A DNA stretch of 64,000 nucleotides, taken from the NCBI GenBank assembly GCA_963696385.1, contig CAVOKF010000003.1:512001-576000 (forward strand), written 5' to 3'. The notes under the pieces were generated by a model, which ran no database searches, was not told where the DNA came from, and saw nothing but the letters and a program-made list of their open reading frames with translations. The DNA comes from an uncultured delta proteobacterium. GTDB lineage: Bacteria > Myxococcota_A > Polyangia > Polyangiales > Polyangiaceae. A program made the position numbers and the translations under genes. Each line of letters starts with the position of its first letter. Position 1 is the stretch's first letter. Positions 19,001 through 28,033 of this stretch are shown here, one piece after another.

Positions 19001-20181
19001 GCCTGGTGGTGCACACCGCCCTACCCGCCTCCATCGAAGGGTACTATCAGGAGATTGGCCGCGCCGGACGCGACGGGAGGCCTTCGCGCGCCGTACTGAT
19101 CCATTCGTTCGTCGACACGAAAACACACGAGTTCTTTCTCGAGCGCGACTACCCTGACGCGAGCGTACTCGAGCGAGTGCAGGATGCCCTTTCGGCCGAC
19201 GCGAAATCCATCGCCGACGTCGCCGTGCGTTCTGGGGTGCCGGCCCCGGTCTTCGAGAAAGCGCTCGAGAAGCTCTGGGTCCACGGCGGTGCCCTCGTGG
19301 ACCCCGACGATACCATTCGGCGCGGTGGCGCGGACTGGCGCAGTGCCTACGAACGGCAGCGCGTTCACAAGAGCGAGCAACTCGCCAAGATGCGTCGCTA
19401 CGCGGAAACTCCCTCGTGTCGCATGCTTGCTCTCGTGGCGCACTTTGGCGATCTCAACGACCACGGATCTCCGTGCGGACTTTGCGACGTCTGCGCCCCT
19501 TCCGCGTGCGTCGGGCAGGCCTTTCGGAACCCGAATGCCGCCGAGCAACGCGCGGCGGCGCGCATCCTCGCCGCGCTTCGCGAGCGTGACGGACGGCCCG
19601 CGGGTCAACTGCACCGAGACCTCTTCGGCAACGGCGAGCTCGACCGGCGCTCGCTCGATCATGTGCTGGGAGGCCTTGCTCGATCGTCGCAGGTCACGAT
19701 CACCGGAGACGAGTTCGTGAAGGACGGCGCGACCATCGCCTTCCAGCGCATTTACCTGGGGCCGGCCGGGCGAAAGGCCGACACCCTTGCCGCGACCGAG
19801 ATCCGCATCGCCGTGGTTCCCGACGGCGCGCCTCGCGGAAGCCGGGGCAAGCCGGCCAAGCGAGGCGCCCGCCGACACGGGGCGCCTCCAGCCGCGAAGA
19901 GACGCGACAAGGATTCCGCGCAGCTCAACCATGTCAACCCGTCGAAATCAAGGGACGAAGCCTCGTCGCTCGAAGGAGCGCTGCGCGCGTGGCGCACCAA
20001 GGAAGCGAAGAGACGCGGCGTGCCTGCGTTCCGCATCCTCACGGACCGTACCTTGCTCGGAGTCGTGCGCGCGCGCCCAGCCGACGAAAATGAGCTCCTC
20101 GACGTCACGGGAATAGGGCCTACGCTCCTCGACAAGTACGGCCGTGAGCTCTTGGCGATCGTCGCCCAATCGGAGGCGTGA
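16090..20181 (+). CDS. topB: DNA topoisomerase III (type IA) fused to a RecQ-family helicase with Zn-binding and HRDC domains
   Basis: Topoisomerase part: AEKPSVA, ATDAGREGELI, GRVQTPT, SYPRTDS (catalytic Tyr), GLGTPATRA. RecQ part: MPTGAGKSLCYQ, DEAHCISQWGHDFRPDY, TATA, AFGMGIDK, QEIGRAGRDG, CR..CGLCDVC, C-terminal HRDC. One uninterrupted frame. Confidence 0.95.
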   Translation: MTILVVAEKPSVARDIAHVLGARTRSEGYFHGPGHIVTWALGHLVTLAEPHEIHPAWRTWRLANLPLLPPAWPLVVAEGTRAQFEVVRNLLLSSEIRTVICATDAGREGELIFRYIYEAAGATKPVRRLWISSLTPEAIAAGLRTLKDGSAFDRLADAARGRSRADWLVGMNLSRAYSVLHDDNLSVGRVQTPTLAMVVEREIGIRTFVPEDYLEVVATFGPQTRDFDPDDPKRERQTYEGTYLRGGTRERDAQRLPPDGKDAAAIVERAQRGFARIESIDRRSRHVPAPALYDLTELQRHANRIYGFTAQHTLEVAQTLYEKWKLLSYPRTDSRHLSSAVAETLAAVVGAIAAPYQGLVAEGTGTRPLGPRFVDDARVTDHHAILPTATVAPASLPADEQAIYDLVCRRLLAAWHNNHVYAVTTVLTTVQWNADRDRYTSAGTSIENVGWRALDPQPAGASETRPKEGPRAPDPSLPGGLEAGLPRRVVNARSVAKRTRPPPRFTDGTLLTAMETAGRTLDEAEVSRAMRECGLGTPATRAAILETLVRREYVVREGKTLQATDKGVALVEIVHERVKSPAMTGEWESKLARIERGEENLANFMREIEIYVRDVVASVASGTATSAGPDRAPAGTPASRYVRDVVASGASGAATSTDPDRPPAGTPTHRTARSNDLGVLLRTSFGFPSFRPYQENVCVAAATGKDVLLVMPTGAGKSLCYQLPGIARGGTTLVVSPLIALMEDQVAQLSRRGFAAERIHSGRNRADSRAVCRAYLDGALDFLFIAPERLKVPGFPEMLARRKPTLVAIDEAHCISQWGHDFRPDYRMLGARLPLLRPAPVIALTATATPMVQGDIVDELRLESPMRFIHGFRRTNIGVEVIERSPGVRADIVQRLLDKAERRPAIVYAPTRKEAEQLAQELSPRLRAAAYHAGLRASARDDVQSAFLGGKLDAIVATTAFGMGIDKADVRLVVHTALPASIEGYYQEIGRAGRDGRPSRAVLIHSFVDTKTHEFFLERDYPDASVLERVQDALSADAKSIADVAVRSGVPAPVFEKALEKLWVHGGALVDPDDTIRRGGADWRSAYERQRVHKSEQLAKMRRYAETPSCRMLALVAHFGDLNDHGSPCGLCDVCAPSACVGQAFRNPNAAEQRAAARILAALRERDGRPAGQLHRDLFGNGELDRRSLDHVLGGLARSSQVTITGDEFVKDGATIAFQRIYLGPAGRKADTLAATEIRIAVVPDGAPRGSRGKPAKRGARRHGAPPAAKRRDKDSAQLNHVNPSKSRDEASSLEGALRAWRTKEAKRRGVPAFRILTDRTLLGVVRARPADENELLDVTGIGPTLLDKYGRELLAIVAQSEA
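17919..18090 (+). repeat. 90-bp imperfect tandem duplication at the TopB/RecQ junction
   Basis: CTACGTCCGAGACGTCGTGGC... starts at 17919 and again at 18009, giving YVRDVVAS..SG.ATS..PDR.PAGTP twice. Confidence 0.9.
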
Positions 20182-20209
20182 GTGAGGAGAAGCCGATGGC
20201 CTGCCCGAC

Positions 20210-21070
20210 TCAGGGCGCCGTCCCCCACGCAATAGTGGCGCCGATGTCGACCACGATATGCATGTTGGCGGTGAGCTTCGTGTCGTCCATGGCATTGTAC
20301 GAATAGTCGTTCGTCTGCGCGAACTCCATCGAGTAGCTCGGGTCGTGCAGCTCGCCCTTGAAGTAGAAGAAATCTCCAACCGGCACCGAGCCTGCTGCAC
20401 CCGTAAACCTGATCGTCAGTACGCTGTCGGCAGTCGCGGTAGATGGCGTGAAAGCGCTGACCGCGCCCGACACGGCTGCGACCCCAACCGCAGCGTAGGC
20501 ACTGCTGGCGGCGTTGTTGATATACGACGTGTAGACGTCGAAAATGAATCCAGAAAGACCGTCCGCTACAAAATAGTATTTCACGCTGACGGTGCTCAGA
20601 TCCAGCGCGGTCGTCCCCGTATTGACGATTTCAATCTCGAACGCTGCGCCACCGGTTTTCGTGGCATTGTCGGACTCGTACGTCAGCTCGACTGCACACG
20701 TCGTGCACGGGGCAGCCGCCTCCAGCGTCGATGCATCGTCGAGCGCCGACCCATCCTCCAGCGTCGATGCCTCCTCCGTCGTCGACGCATCCTCGGGCGC
20801 CGACGCGTCCGTGGCACTGCTGCTCTCGGAGCTTGTCTGCCCACCGCCACCCGAAGTGCCGGCGTCGTCGCTACTGCTCGATGGGGCATACACCGCGCTG
20901 TTGCCGGTCGACGAGGCACTCGAGCTTGGAACGGGTGCGGACGAAGCGGTCGATGCTTGCGTGACGGGTTGGGCGGTCTTGGCTACGTCGCCCGTGTCGG
21001 CAGCGCATGCGAAGAAGATGGCCGCGGGGACGAAGAACGCAGCGTGCTTAGCGTGACAGGCGTTGCGCAT
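20210..21070 (-). CDS. Probable lipoprotein with a C-terminal CBM3 cellulose-binding module
   Basis: IVNTGTTALDLSTVSVKYYF, QTNDYSY and terminal WGTAP are CBM3 hallmarks. Ser/Ala linker; FFAC lipobox-like motif. Confidence 0.8.
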   Translation of the reverse strand: MRNACHAKHAAFFVPAAIFFACAADTGDVAKTAQPVTQASTASSAPVPSSSASSTGNSAVYAPSSSSDDAGTSGGGGQTSSESSSATDASAPEDASTTEEASTLEDGSALDDASTLEAAAPCTTCAVELTYESDNATKTGGAAFEIEIVNTGTTALDLSTVSVKYYFVADGLSGFIFDVYTSYINNAASSAYAAVGVAAVSGAVSAFTPSTATADSVLTIRFTGAAGSVPVGDFFYFKGELHDPSYSMEFAQTNDYSYNAMDDTKLTANMHIVVDIGATIAWGTAP

Positions 21071-21293
21071 GGCGGGAAGCTGCGGGTCGAACGGAGCGCT
21101 CAGCCCAATCGCCGCGCGCCCCAACTCCGACTTTAATGTGGTAGCAAAAGTACGAATCACGTTCCACGACTCCCGCTATGATTCTCGACTCGGTGGTTTC
21201 GCGGTGGGTGTTTGTGTCAGCCCCTTGCGGCCACCACGATGCCGAACATGAGCCGCCCGAGTGCAGAAGAACGGGAAAGGAACCGGAGGATCC

Positions 21294-22652
21294 GTGATTC
21301 GATCTTGGCCTCGCTTTGGGTCGCTCGTCCCGATCCTGTCCGCAGTCTTTTTCGCGTCGCATGCCGCGCTGGGGGCCGCCCACGACGCGGACGCCGCGAA
21401 GCTTCGAGAAGCAGCGATCTATTCGGATTATCTGGCGACGGATTTTGCATCGGCTGAGAAGAAGCTTACGCAGGCTCTCGCGCTTTGCGAGAAGCCGGGC
21501 GACTGTTCATCGGCCGTGCGCGCGCGCCTGCGTTGCGACCTCGGAGTCGTTGAATTCGCGTCTCAGAAGATCGCAGACGGACGTGCACAATTCGCTCTGG
21601 CCGTCAAAGAAGACCCGAACATCGAACTCGACAAGGACCTCACCACGCCCGACCTTCAGAAAGAGCTGGGGGCCGCGAAGGCAAACGGCGCATCCACGCT
21701 TCCGGTTCGAGACGCCGGCCCCCCCGCCGAAGAGACCCAAGAGATCGGCCCCGCGAAGCCCAGCGGGGCATCCAAACCTCCGGCCGGAGACGGCGGTCCC
21801 TCCGCAGAAGTGAATGGATCGGCGGGTGGCGAACCGGCGACGGGGGACGCCAAGGCATCCACGGCGCCGGTGAAGTCCAGCCCTTCCGAGGGCGATTGCC
21901 CCCCCGGCTTCCCGGGTTGCAAGTCCTCCGAATCCAGCGAGTCGTGCAGCAACGACGACGACTGCGGCCCCGGCGAGAAGTGCGACGGCGGAACCTGCAA
22001 GGATACGCACATCACCGGGACGCCGGGCCGGGCCAACTGGCTCAGCCTATCGTTTCAGCTCGATGCGCCTATCTTGCCGGCCAAAAGCAACGTGTGCGCC
22101 GGCAATCAAGGCTACTCGTGCTTCAACACCAACGGCTCTTGGTATTCGCAAACACCGGCCCAGGGCGGCGGGGGCGAAGTCCAGTCCGCGGGACTCCAGC
22201 CCGGCACCATGCGTGTTTTTCTCGGATACGATCGCGCCCTGTTCAACAATGTCACGTTGGGCGGAGCCGTCGGGTTCGCCTTCCACGGGGGCCCGACTCG
22301 CCCCGGCGGAACGGCGTTCCTTCCGGTGAGCGCCGATGTCCGTGCCAAATTCTGGCTCGGTCATTTCCCCCTCGGACGCGCAGGTTTCCGCTTCTATGGC
22401 ATGATCGACGGAGGCTTTGCCGAGGTCGCCGCATCGCTGACGACCTTCGTGTATGCGACGCCGAGCTCACAGCCAGTCGCCAAGGATGCTTGGTACCACA
22501 TGGGCCGCGGATACGCGGGAATCGGCCTCGGCAGCATGTTGGCAATCAATCCGAACATGGGAATTTTCCTCGAATTGCGCGCCATGGAGTTGTTTCCGAC
22601 CGCAGGCACGGCGATTGCCGCCCAGCTCGGCTATGCGCTGAGCCTCTTCTGA
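21294..22652 (+). CDS. Secreted hypothetical protein (TPR-like N-terminus, Cys-rich linker, probable beta-barrel C-terminus)
   Basis: GGAGGA SD before GTG 21294, signal peptide, CPPGFPGC motif, alternating beta-strand pattern ending LGYALSLF. Confidence 0.7.
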   Translation: MIRSWPRFGSLVPILSAVFFASHAALGAAHDADAAKLREAAIYSDYLATDFASAEKKLTQALALCEKPGDCSSAVRARLRCDLGVVEFASQKIADGRAQFALAVKEDPNIELDKDLTTPDLQKELGAAKANGASTLPVRDAGPPAEETQEIGPAKPSGASKPPAGDGGPSAEVNGSAGGEPATGDAKASTAPVKSSPSEGDCPPGFPGCKSSESSESCSNDDDCGPGEKCDGGTCKDTHITGTPGRANWLSLSFQLDAPILPAKSNVCAGNQGYSCFNTNGSWYSQTPAQGGGGEVQSAGLQPGTMRVFLGYDRALFNNVTLGGAVGFAFHGGPTRPGGTAFLPVSADVRAKFWLGHFPLGRAGFRFYGMIDGGFAEVAASLTTFVYATPSSQPVAKDAWYHMGRGYAGIGLGSMLAINPNMGIFLELRAMELFPTAGTAIAAQLGYALSLF

Positions 22653-22737
22653 ACGAACCATTCCCTTCGCCCGATCGCGGGCCGAGGCGTCTTGGACGGC
22701 TGTCCGCTCCGTATTGGCACCATCGGATCACCGTCGG

Positions 22738-23220
22738 TCAGGCATCCTCAGTCAAATGACGCCGGTTACGCCATGCGAACGCGATGACGGCAATGCTCCC
22801 GCCGAGGCAAGCCAGGTTAATCAAGACTTCCACGGCGACGTTGGCCGCGTTGCCATGCCAGTAGATTCCGTTCTCGACATCGAAAAGGATGTCCATGCTC
22901 GCAAGGTACAACGTGGCGCTCCCGGTCAACAGCATCCACAAAAGCGCGCTGGCCCGACGCCGCTGGAGTGCGAGGGCCGCCAACGCACCAGTCCCCGCCA
23001 TCCAGGCATCCGCGAGCGGAAACGCGTTCTCGTACGCGTAGTACTCGCGGGTATCGGTCGTCGCGAGCCAGCTGCGGTCAATCCCGAACCAGATTACCCA
23101 ATAGGCGGTGGTGGCCCCAGCCCCGAACCATAAGAGCCCCGTCATGAACCGGCGGCTCGAGACCGACGGCGCCTCGGGGGGCGCCTGCGCCGGCCCGGCC
23201 TCTTGCGATGCTGATGTCAT
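22738..23220 (-). CDS. Hypothetical 4-TM membrane protein
   Basis: Four hydrophobic helices and a YENAFPLADAW motif. Confidence 0.75.
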   Translation of the reverse strand: MTSASQEAGPAQAPPEAPSVSSRRFMTGLLWFGAGATTAYWVIWFGIDRSWLATTDTREYYAYENAFPLADAWMAGTGALAALALQRRRASALLWMLLTGSATLYLASMDILFDVENGIYWHGNAANVAVEVLINLACLGGSIAVIAFAWRNRRHLTEDA

Positions 23221-23312
23221 GTTGGTGCCGCCGCTACCCTACGCGATGGCTCCTCGGCCGGAAACGTTGTTTGGCAGACGACGCGGTGACGGCCGCGCAC
23301 ACGCTCGATTCG

Positions 23313-24080
23313 CTACGGCATGATGAACTCGGCGTGCCGGCGAACGTGATGGCACGCCGGATGAGGGCACCCGGTACCTTGCGCAGAAAGCGTGAGCCAC
23401 GTGACAACCCCCATCGCGACCGAGACCGCGACCAGCGCGCCGACGTTCCACCGGAGCGCGGCGGCCGCTGCAACCGGGGATCCGGACGCGACTACCTCGA
23501 ACTGCTCGGTCGAGCGGTACGGCGCTTCCGACGGCACGGCGCACACCCAGTCGTCTCCGAGCCCGAAGTCAATCCCGGGTTGAGACGGCGGCTGACCGCG
23601 GCGCCAGCGCCGTGCCTCCCGCGCCGCGCAAGCCCAGGCAAGCGAGACGAGGGCCAGCGTCACGAGCAGAGCCGCGAACGCGGCGAGAGTGAGCGCCTCG
23701 AGGATGCGGTCAAAGTCCGGCGACTCGGCACGGGGCGAGGCGAGGCACCACAAGAATGCGGTAGGCAACAGCACCCACGCCGCGATGGCGCTTTGAACGT
23801 CCGATCGGTGGACCCTCGAGCCTCGCCGGGCACGGGCCAGCCGATGCATCGTTGCGCACATGAAGACGAGCGCGGGCAGGAACATGATGGTGATCCCTCG
23901 GTCGGCCAAGACAAGCATGACATTCAGGCGGCGCGGCGCACGCCACTCCGAGCACGTCTCGAACCGCCGCTCGCGTACGCCGGAGACGACCACGGGTCGC
24001 CCGGGCGACCCGTGACACCGCGCGGCAAACCGACCCGATGGACAGGGTGGGCGAAAAAATCCAGCCACAGAGTCCACCAT
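23313..24080 (-). CDS. Hypothetical membrane protein; start uncertain
   Basis: The distal part of ORF 23313..24413 has about 4 hydrophobic segments and fills the gap downstream of glgP. Confidence 0.45.
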   Translation of the reverse strand: MVDSVAGFFRPPCPSGRFAARCHGSPGRPVVVSGVRERRFETCSEWRAPRRLNVMLVLADRGITIMFLPALVFMCATMHRLARARRGSRVHRSDVQSAIAAWVLLPTAFLWCLASPRAESPDFDRILEALTLAAFAALLVTLALVSLAWACAAREARRWRRGQPPSQPGIDFGLGDDWVCAVPSEAPYRSTEQFEVVASGSPVAAAAALRWNVGALVAVSVAMGVVTWLTLSAQGTGCPHPACHHVRRHAEFIMP

Positions 24081-24171
24081 CGCTGAGATCCGGATCGTGC
24101 CGCAATCGACGCGAATCTCGGACAGGAGCGCCCCGCCCCGACAGCGCGCCGTCCACCTCTGCCGCCTCCGA

Positions 24172-26724
24172 TCAGCGCGGTGCCCGCGCGCCATCCCCCG
24201 GTGGCGCGACGTCCACCTTGATCGGAGCGATTCCCCAAATCTCGCGCGCATAGGCACGTATCGTGGCATCGCTCGAGAACGCGCTGCCTCCGACGATGTT
24301 GAAGAGCGATCTCCTGGCCCAGTCTCTGGGCGACCGGTACGCGGCCGCGGCTTCCCGCAGCGCAGAGGCATAGGAATCGAAGTCCGCGCAGACCATGTAG
24401 GGGTCGGTTTCACGGAGCGTCCGAACGACGCCTGCGTACCGGGAGGGATCGCTCAGCGCGAAAAACGAGGATTCGAGTAGATCGAGAGATCGAGCGAGCT
24501 CAGGGCTCCGGGCGATGAAGCGACTCGGGGCGTAGCCGCTGCGCCAAAGCGCCTGGACTTGCTCAATCGTGTGCCCGCATAGAAAGAAATTCTCGGGACC
24601 CACAGCCTCGCGCAGCTCGATGTTCGCGCCGTCGAGAGTACCGACGGTGAGGGCGCCATTCATTGCGAGCTTCATATTGCTCGTGCCGGAAGCCTCCTTT
24701 CCTGCTTGCGAAATCTGTAACGATACGTCGATCGCGGGGATGATCGCCTGCGCCAGCGACACGCCGTAGTTCGGCACGAACACCACCTTCAATCGATCCC
24801 GGGTGGCTGGATCCCCGTTGACGACGTCTGCGACATCGTTGATGAGGCGGATGTGCGCCTTGGCCGTCGCGTACCCGGCCGCCGCCTTCCCCGCGAAAAT
24901 ATACACGCGTGGCGTAAGCCCCAGTTCGGTCGGCGCACCTTTGAGAAACGCATAGTGTGCGATGACTTCCAAGCACGCAAGCAGCTGCCGCTTGTATTCG
25001 TGAATGCGCTTGATTTGCGCAATGAACATCGCATTCGGGTCGACCGCGACCCCGGTGCGCTCTGCGAGCCGCGTCGCAAGCGCTCGCTTGTTCTCGAGTT
25101 TGGTAGCCCACAAGGCGTCGAGCAGCTCCGGTTGGGCGGCGCGCGTCGCCAGGCTCGAAAGCTGGGCAAAGTCGCCGCCGATCCAGTCGGCGCCGAGATT
25201 TTCGGACAGCAATCGAGCGAGCGACGGATTGGAATAAAGGAGCCAGCGGCGCGGTGTAACCCCGTTCGTCTTGTTGTTGAAGCGGCCCGGGAACATTTCA
25301 TAAAAATCGGGGAGCAAGTCGCTCTTTATGAGTTCGGTGTGCAGCTTTGCCACCCCGTTGACGCTGTGAGAGCCGAGGACGGCCAGGTGCGCCATTCGAA
25401 CTTGCGGAACCGGGCCCTCCTCGATGATCGACATTCGGCTCATGCGCGAGGAATCCATGGGCCAATGAATACTCACGTCGCGCATGAACCGATGATTGAT
25501 TTCGAAAATGATCTTCAGATGCCGAGGAAGGACACGCCCCAGCATCGGTACGGCCCACTTTTCGAGCGCTTCCGGCATCAGAGTATGGTTGGTGTATCCA
25601 ATGGATCGCTGAGTGAGATCCCACGCGAGATCCCAGCCGAGTCCCTCCTGATCGACCAGAACACGCATCAATTCGGCGACGGCGATGGAGGGGTGCGTGT
25701 CGTTCAAGTGGATGGCTGCGCGATCGGGAAACAGACGAAAATCGTCGTGCGCGCGCTTGAACTCCGCGACGATATCGGCAATCGAGCACGCCACGAAAAA
25801 ATATTGCTGCTTGAGACGCAGCTCCTTGCCGTGCTCGGTTTGGTCGTTCGGGTAGAGCACCTTCGAGATGTTCTCCACCTCCACCTTCTCTTCCACCGCG
25901 CGCAGGTAGTCGCCTTCATTGAAGAGGCGCAAATCGAAATCGCGCGACGCTCGGGCCGACCAGAGCCGGAGCGTATTGACGGTATCGGTCTCGTGGCCGA
26001 CGATGAACGAGTCGTAGGGAAGCCCGAGCACCAGCTGCCCGCCAACCCAGGCGACCACCAAACGCCCCCCGTCGTCGTGGCGCATCTCGGTCGTCCCATA
26101 AAAGCGCACGCGCTGCATTCGGTCGTGCCGCGGGAGTTCCCAGGGGTTGCCGTATTGAAGCCAATTGTCCGTGTGTTCGACTTGGTTGCCGCGCTCAATC
26201 CGTTGTTCGAAAATCCCATGCTCGTATCGGATGCCGTACCCGACGGCCGGCAACTCAAGCGTCGCCAGCGAATCCATGAAGCACGCCGCGAGTCGACCGA
26301 GCCCCCCGTTGCCCAACCCCGGATCGCCCTCCGCTTCGAGAACCTCGGCCAGGTCGTATCCGAGGGAGGATGCGACTTGATCAGCGGCGCCGTAAAGGCC
26401 GAGATTGAGCAGGCAGAGCCCTAAGCTCCGTCCGGTCAGAAATTCGGCGGACAGGTAATGCACCCTCTTGACGTCGTGCTCGACGTATGTGCGCTGAGTG
26501 GCGAGCCAGCGCTGAACCAACCGGTCGCGGACGCTATGCGCCATAGCCCGGTAGATGTCGACGGGGCCCGCCTCGTGTGCGTCTTTCACGCACGTGTAAA
26601 GTAGATGCTTCAGCAGGTCGCGTCGGAATTCCTCCGGGTCTCGCGAAGGCAGAGGCGACGAAGGGCCAAGGACCTTGCCATGGGGGCCGGAATCCACGTT
26701 CTTGTTCAGTCTGTTCGTCGTCAC
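24172..26724 (-). CDS. glgP: Glycogen/starch phosphorylase
   Basis: GLGNGGLGRLAACF, LRLKQQYFF, HLNDTHP, NKTNGVTPRRW, KRIHEYKRQ, EASGTSNMK (PLP lysine). Confidence 0.97.
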   Translation of the reverse strand: MTTNRLNKNVDSGPHGKVLGPSSPLPSRDPEEFRRDLLKHLLYTCVKDAHEAGPVDIYRAMAHSVRDRLVQRWLATQRTYVEHDVKRVHYLSAEFLTGRSLGLCLLNLGLYGAADQVASSLGYDLAEVLEAEGDPGLGNGGLGRLAACFMDSLATLELPAVGYGIRYEHGIFEQRIERGNQVEHTDNWLQYGNPWELPRHDRMQRVRFYGTTEMRHDDGGRLVVAWVGGQLVLGLPYDSFIVGHETDTVNTLRLWSARASRDFDLRLFNEGDYLRAVEEKVEVENISKVLYPNDQTEHGKELRLKQQYFFVACSIADIVAEFKRAHDDFRLFPDRAAIHLNDTHPSIAVAELMRVLVDQEGLGWDLAWDLTQRSIGYTNHTLMPEALEKWAVPMLGRVLPRHLKIIFEINHRFMRDVSIHWPMDSSRMSRMSIIEEGPVPQVRMAHLAVLGSHSVNGVAKLHTELIKSDLLPDFYEMFPGRFNNKTNGVTPRRWLLYSNPSLARLLSENLGADWIGGDFAQLSSLATRAAQPELLDALWATKLENKRALATRLAERTGVAVDPNAMFIAQIKRIHEYKRQLLACLEVIAHYAFLKGAPTELGLTPRVYIFAGKAAAGYATAKAHIRLINDVADVVNGDPATRDRLKVVFVPNYGVSLAQAIIPAIDVSLQISQAGKEASGTSNMKLAMNGALTVGTLDGANIELREAVGPENFFLCGHTIEQVQALWRSGYAPSRFIARSPELARSLDLLESSFFALSDPSRYAGVVRTLRETDPYMVCADFDSYASALREAAAAYRSPRDWARRSLFNIVGGSAFSSDATIRAYAREIWGIAPIKVDVAPPGDGARAPR

Positions 26725-26794
26725 GCTAGCATCATGACGTCCACCCGGAAGACCGGGTCGCGTCCGCTTGTTTTCGTCTACGTTTCCTGCATGA

Positions 26795-26896
26795 CTTCGT
26801 GCGGCGCGCCCCGTCGAACTGCACCCCGCTGTCCGGGGTGAGCCTGCGTTGCAGGCTGGCACTGTACTAAGGTGATTTCCTTGGGGCTTCGTCCCC
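26795..26896 (-). repeat. Dispersed structured intergenic repeat, copy 2
   Basis: Minus strand reads GGGGACGAAGCCCCAAGGAAATCACCTTAGTACAGTGCCAGCCTGCAACGCAGGCTCACCCCGGACAGCGGGGTG..., homologous to 7270-7369. Confidence 0.85.
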
Positions 26897-27002
26897 CCCC
26901 CACTCGCCGCCCGGCGATCGAAGTACGCCGCCCGACTGACCCTTTTTGATCCGGGGCGGTGTACTTAGCCTGGACGGTCGAACGACCGCGCGAGACTCCA
27001 CC

Positions 27003-27761
27003 ATGACCTATTGCGTCGGCGTTCTTCTCCATGAGGGTATCATCTTCGCGTCCGACTCCCGCACCCACGCGGGCGTGGATAATTTCGCCTCGTTTTGCAA
27101 GATGACCGTCTTCGAAAAGGCCGGCGATCGCGTCCTGGTCCTGCTGAGCTCGGGCAATCTTGCGGGTACGCAGGCGGTCATCAGCGTGCTGCGACAGCGA
27201 AGCAACGCGACGGACGGTATGCCGAATCTTTGGACTGCGCGCACGATGTTCGACGTGGTCGTTCTCGTCTCCGACGCGATGCGCGACATCGAGCGCCGGG
27301 ACCGCCCCCACCTCGAGCGCAGCGAACTCAGCTTCAACGCGTCGTTCATCGTCGGCGGGCAGATCAAGGGCGAACCATTGCGCCTCTTTCGAATCTATGC
27401 CGAAGGAAACTTCATCGAGGCGGGCCCCGACACCCCATTCTTTCAGACGGGCGAAGCGAAGTACGGCAAGCCTATCCTCGATCGGGTGATCACACCTTCG
27501 ACGAGCCTTACGGCTGCGGCGAAATGCGTCCTCGTCTCGTTCGATTCGACCATGCGAAGCAACTTGTCGGTCGCGATGCCGATCGATCTGCTCTGCTACG
27601 AGCGCGACAGTCTGGCCGTTCGAATGCGGCGACGCTTCGATCAAAACGACGCGTATTTCACGACATTGAGCCGCCAATGGAGCGAAGGGGTTCGCACCGT
27701 CTTTGGGCAACTCCCAGAGCTCCCGTGGGTAAGCCCGACTCGCGGCGCGACCCCGTCCTAG
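27003..27761 (+). CDS. Proteasome-type protease (Anbu family)
   Basis: N-terminal MTYCVG (Thr1 nucleophile), SDSRTHAGVD, GNLAGTQ, GNFIEA, KYGKPILDR, STMRSNLSV. Confidence 0.93.
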   Translation: MTYCVGVLLHEGIIFASDSRTHAGVDNFASFCKMTVFEKAGDRVLVLLSSGNLAGTQAVISVLRQRSNATDGMPNLWTARTMFDVVVLVSDAMRDIERRDRPHLERSELSFNASFIVGGQIKGEPLRLFRIYAEGNFIEAGPDTPFFQTGEAKYGKPILDRVITPSTSLTAAAKCVLVSFDSTMRSNLSVAMPIDLLCYERDSLAVRMRRRFDQNDAYFTTLSRQWSEGVRTVFGQLPELPWVSPTRGATPS

Positions 27762-28033
27762 AGCACCGAACCCCTTGCCGGAGCGAGGATTTCAAGAATT
27801 CCCGGCCTCTCGCCAGACGCGGGTGACGAGCCATGCTTGCCGCATGGTGGGGAGCAGCAACTCCGCTAGAGGCGGGAAAGCCGCGGAAAAGCCGACGGGG
27901 CCAACATGTGCGGTGCTCTCGTCGATACCGGCAGCAAACCATGGCGGCGGGGCTTTTCGAGCCTACGGAGCCGGGGCTGGGCCGCCGGCCACTCCGAGGC
28001 GCGTGTGCACGCAAGTGTCTTGTTCGCGTGGCC

